Both the position numbers and the translations under genes were made by a program. 52,691 bases of DNA, from positions 1 to 52,691 of IMG/VR virus record IMGVR_UViG_2872174743_000006. One strand, 5' to 3'. Below, piece by piece: positions 50,121 to 52,691 of this stretch. Source of the stretch: a virus (taxonomy: Duplodnaviria; Heunggongvirae; Uroviricota; Caudoviricetes). Within the stretch, counting starts at the first letter, position 1; every line of letters starts with the position of its first letter. Below the pieces are notes generated by a model. The model had not been told where the DNA came from. It saw only the letters and a list, made by a program, of their open reading frames with translations, and searched no databases.

Positions 50121-50633
50121 ATGACCACTATAACCAAAGAGCGACTGCTGACAATCAAGCAGTGGCGCGAAACATACGGACCGGGTAGCAACGTTGTGCT
50201 TCCAGCAGAAGAAGCGGAAGAGCTGGCACGGATTGCGCTGGCATCACTGGCAGCAGAGCCGGTGGCAAAGATTATAGCTCATTACCCATTAGGAGTTGAC
50301 GTAGGCAAACAAAAATTCGTACAGGCCATTAGAGAGCTTCCTGACTTTGGCGGATATCTATTTGCCGCCCCTCCAGCGCCGATAGTGCCGGAAGAAATGT
50401 ATAGGCAGGATGCGCCAGTTGAAGGCAGCAGCAAAGCGGCTGCATACGCTACAGGCTGGAACGATTGCCGCGAAGCCATGCTTCAGTCCGGAAACTTTCG
50501 GGAAAATAAAGATTCGTCAACCAATAATTTTCGGAAAATCCCGGAAGCGTCAACCAGCTCTCCGGTAACTCCGGATGGTTGGATAAGCTGTAGTGAGCGA
50601 ATGCCGGACGACAGGCAGGAGGTGAATCAATGA
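50121..50633 (+). CDS. hypothetical protein
   Basis: 170-aa ORF with RBS GGAG upstream. Confidence 0.45.
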   Translation: MTTITKERLLTIKQWRETYGPGSNVVLPAEEAEELARIALASLAAEPVAKIIAHYPLGVDVGKQKFVQAIRELPDFGGYLFAAPPAPIVPEEMYRQDAPVEGSSKAAAYATGWNDCREAMLQSGNFRENKDSSTNNFRKIPEASTSSPVTPDGWISCSERMPDDRQEVNQ

Positions 50634-50717
50634 GCTGGCCTGATGCAATCGTAACTCTGGGGGTGGTATTCGCAGCAGCGTTTGTTGTGTTCTCGATTTG
50701 TCGATGGGGATAACCAC

Positions 50718-50960
50718 ATGTTCGCTTTGATTCAACGCGGTCAGATATACACGGACAGAGCCGGATACCCCGTGGTGATTACTCGCATCACTGAGCACTC
50801 AGTGTTCTTTCGACGGATGGACGGACGATCCGGGCGGGTACGCATTGGTGAGTTAAACTGCCTGTTCGAACATATTGACCACCAGGAGTACCGCAAAATT
50901 CTCGCGGACACTGAGCAGGAAAAGCACCTGAAAAAATTACGAGCCATAAAAAGGAAGTAA
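50718..50960 (+). CDS. hypothetical protein
   Basis: ORF 50682-50960 with probable start MFALIQRGQIYTDRAGYPVV. Confidence 0.4.
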   Translation: MFALIQRGQIYTDRAGYPVVITRITEHSVFFRRMDGRSGRVRIGELNCLFEHIDHQEYRKILADTEQEKHLKKLRAIKRK

Positions 50961-51116
50961 AGAATGAATAAAGCATTTGAACGATGGGTCCACCAGCGTT
51001 ACGGCAATCGCTATGACCTGACGCGAGATGTTGACGGCTTCTACTGTCGTGAAGTTGTGAAGCGAATGTTTGACGTGTGGTGCCACTGCCGTGGATGAAA
51101 ATTTTATGAGGTTGGC

Positions 51117-51371
51117 ATGCAGACAATCATCTATCAGATAACCCCCAGCAAATGGTGTACGGAGAGAGTCCTCATTGCATCAACAGGGCTAAAGCCTGGC
51201 ACCATTGAGCGGGCAAGAAGAAAGTCATGGATGCAGGGAAAAGAATACCGCCATTACGCTGTAGAAGGTGATCCGGGGCACTACAGTGAATGCCTGTACA
51301 ACATCGAAGAAATTATGCGATGGATCGAAAACCAGAAACAACCAGGTGCCAAAAATGCAAGTTCCGGTTAA
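51117..51371 (+). CDS. putative excisionase (Xis-like)
   Basis: 84-aa basic ORF immediately upstream of int. Confidence 0.45.
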   Translation: MQTIIYQITPSKWCTERVLIASTGLKPGTIERARRKSWMQGKEYRHYAVEGDPGHYSECLYNIEEIMRWIENQKQPGAKNASSG

Positions 51372-51404
51372 CCTGTTAATGCTCCTGGACGTCTGGGAGG
51401 TTTA

Positions 51405-52691
51405 ATGAGTAACGCATCATACCCGACAGGCGTTGAAAAACATGGAGGATCACTCCGTATATGGTTTCACTATAATGGCAAACGTGTCAGAGAAAACCTC
51501 GGTGTTCCTGACACAGCCAAAAACCGGAAGATCGCTGGTGAACTTCGCACTTCCGTTTGTTTTGCAATCAGAATGGGGAGTTTCGACTACGCCGCGCAGT
51601 TCCCTAATTCCCCTAACCTGAAACACTTTGGTCTGGGAAAAAGAGAGATAACCGTTAAGGCACTTTCGGAAAAATGGTTGGACCTTAAGAAAATTGAGAT
51701 TTGTGCGAATGCACTTAACCGTTACCAGTCAGTAATTAAAAACATGTTACCAATGTTAGGTGAAAAAAAACTGGTTTCATCCATAACAAAAGAGGATTTA
51801 CTTTTCGTAAGGAGAGATTTGTTGACCGGTTACCAAAAGCTTTCTAATGGAAAGACTTCTTCCATAAAAGGGCGCTCAGTGGTCACGGTAAACTACTATA
51901 TGACAACCATAGCTGGAATGTTTCAATTTGCAACAGATAATGGTTATACCTCAGGAAACCCATTTAACGGTCTGGCTCCCTTAAAAAAGTCCAAGGTAAA
52001 ACCAGATCCTCTCACCCGTGACGAATTTATTCGTTTTATTGAGGCTTGCCGTCATCAACAAACAAAAAACCTGTGGATTCTCGCTGTATACACGGGTATT
52101 CGTCACGGGGAGTTGGTATCGCTGGCATGGGAAGATATAGACCTTAAAGCAAGGACTATAACCATCCGTAGAAATTATACAAAACTTGGCGAATTCACTC
52201 CACCAAAAACCGATGCAGGCACCGGAAGGACAATTCATCTGGTTCAACCAGCTATTGATGCTCTTAAAAGCCAGGCGGAAATGACCATGCTTGGAAAGCA
52301 ACATTCTGTAGAGGTGAAGCAGAGGGAATATGGGAGAACTGCTGTGCATAAATGCACTTTTGTTTTTAGTCCTCAGGTAACAAAACAGCAGCAGTTGTCC
52401 GGACCTCACTACAAGGTTGACTCCATCAGGGAGTCATGGACAAGTATCTTAAAACGCGCAGGTCTGAGACACAGAAAATCGTACCAATCCAGGCATACTT
52501 ATGCATGCTGGTCACTTGCCGCAGGAGCTAATCCTAGTTTTATCGCAAGCCAGATGGGCCACACAAACGCACAAATGGTATTCAATGTTTACGGAGCATG
52601 GATGAAAGACAACAATCACGAACAGATAGAACTCCTTAACAAAAGACTATCTGAAAGTGTCCCATGTATGCCCCATAAGAAAGCTGGGTAA
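51405..52691 (+). CDS. int: tyrosine integrase
   Basis: 428-aa ORF with C-terminal catalytic region (...RHTYACWSLAAGANPSFIASQMGHTNAQMVFNVYGAW...); stop coincides with the window end. Confidence 0.85.
   Translation: MSNASYPTGVEKHGGSLRIWFHYNGKRVRENLGVPDTAKNRKIAGELRTSVCFAIRMGSFDYAAQFPNSPNLKHFGLGKREITVKALSEKWLDLKKIEICANALNRYQSVIKNMLPMLGEKKLVSSITKEDLLFVRRDLLTGYQKLSNGKTSSIKGRSVVTVNYYMTTIAGMFQFATDNGYTSGNPFNGLAPLKKSKVKPDPLTRDEFIRFIEACRHQQTKNLWILAVYTGIRHGELVSLAWEDIDLKARTITIRRNYTKLGEFTPPKTDAGTGRTIHLVQPAIDALKSQAEMTMLGKQHSVEVKQREYGRTAVHKCTFVFSPQVTKQQQLSGPHYKVDSIRESWTSILKRAGLRHRKSYQSRHTYACWSLAAGANPSFIASQMGHTNAQMVFNVYGAWMKDNNHEQIELLNKRLSESVPCMPHKKAG

Overview
This window is almost entirely one lambda-like (lambdoid) prophage of the Escherichia/Shigella type, about 50 kb, heavily damaged by insertion sequences. 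The phage late genes run on the minus strand from cos/Nu1 (about 29.6 kb) leftward through terminase, portal, capsid, tail, J, lom and the side tail fibre. The early region lies on the right: Q antiterminator, nin-region genes, DnaB/DnaC-like replication genes, an initiator with internal iterons, two Rha-family genes, a CI-like repressor on the plus strand, early-left ORFs, a putative excisionase and a tyrosine integrase ending at the window edge. Downstream of Q the layout matches Shiga-toxin phage backbones (three tRNAs, DUF1737 plus NanS-p esterase, S21-like holin, SAR endolysin, Rz/Rz1), but no stx genes are present. At least six IS insertions are visible: two IS1 copies each with a 9-bp target duplication, an ISEc8-like IS66-family element, two IS600 fragments, IS2 and IS911. 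They split the tail-fibre assembly gene, sit directly after Q, and interrupt the first early-left gene and a gene inside the lysis cassette. The most notable non-coding signals are a promoter-plus-terminator unit between tail genes I and J (candidate small RNA), an apparent deletion fusing the major tail gene V to the chaperone gene G, and a five-repeat iteron origin. All calls rest on reading the sequence and recalled protein families; no database search was run.
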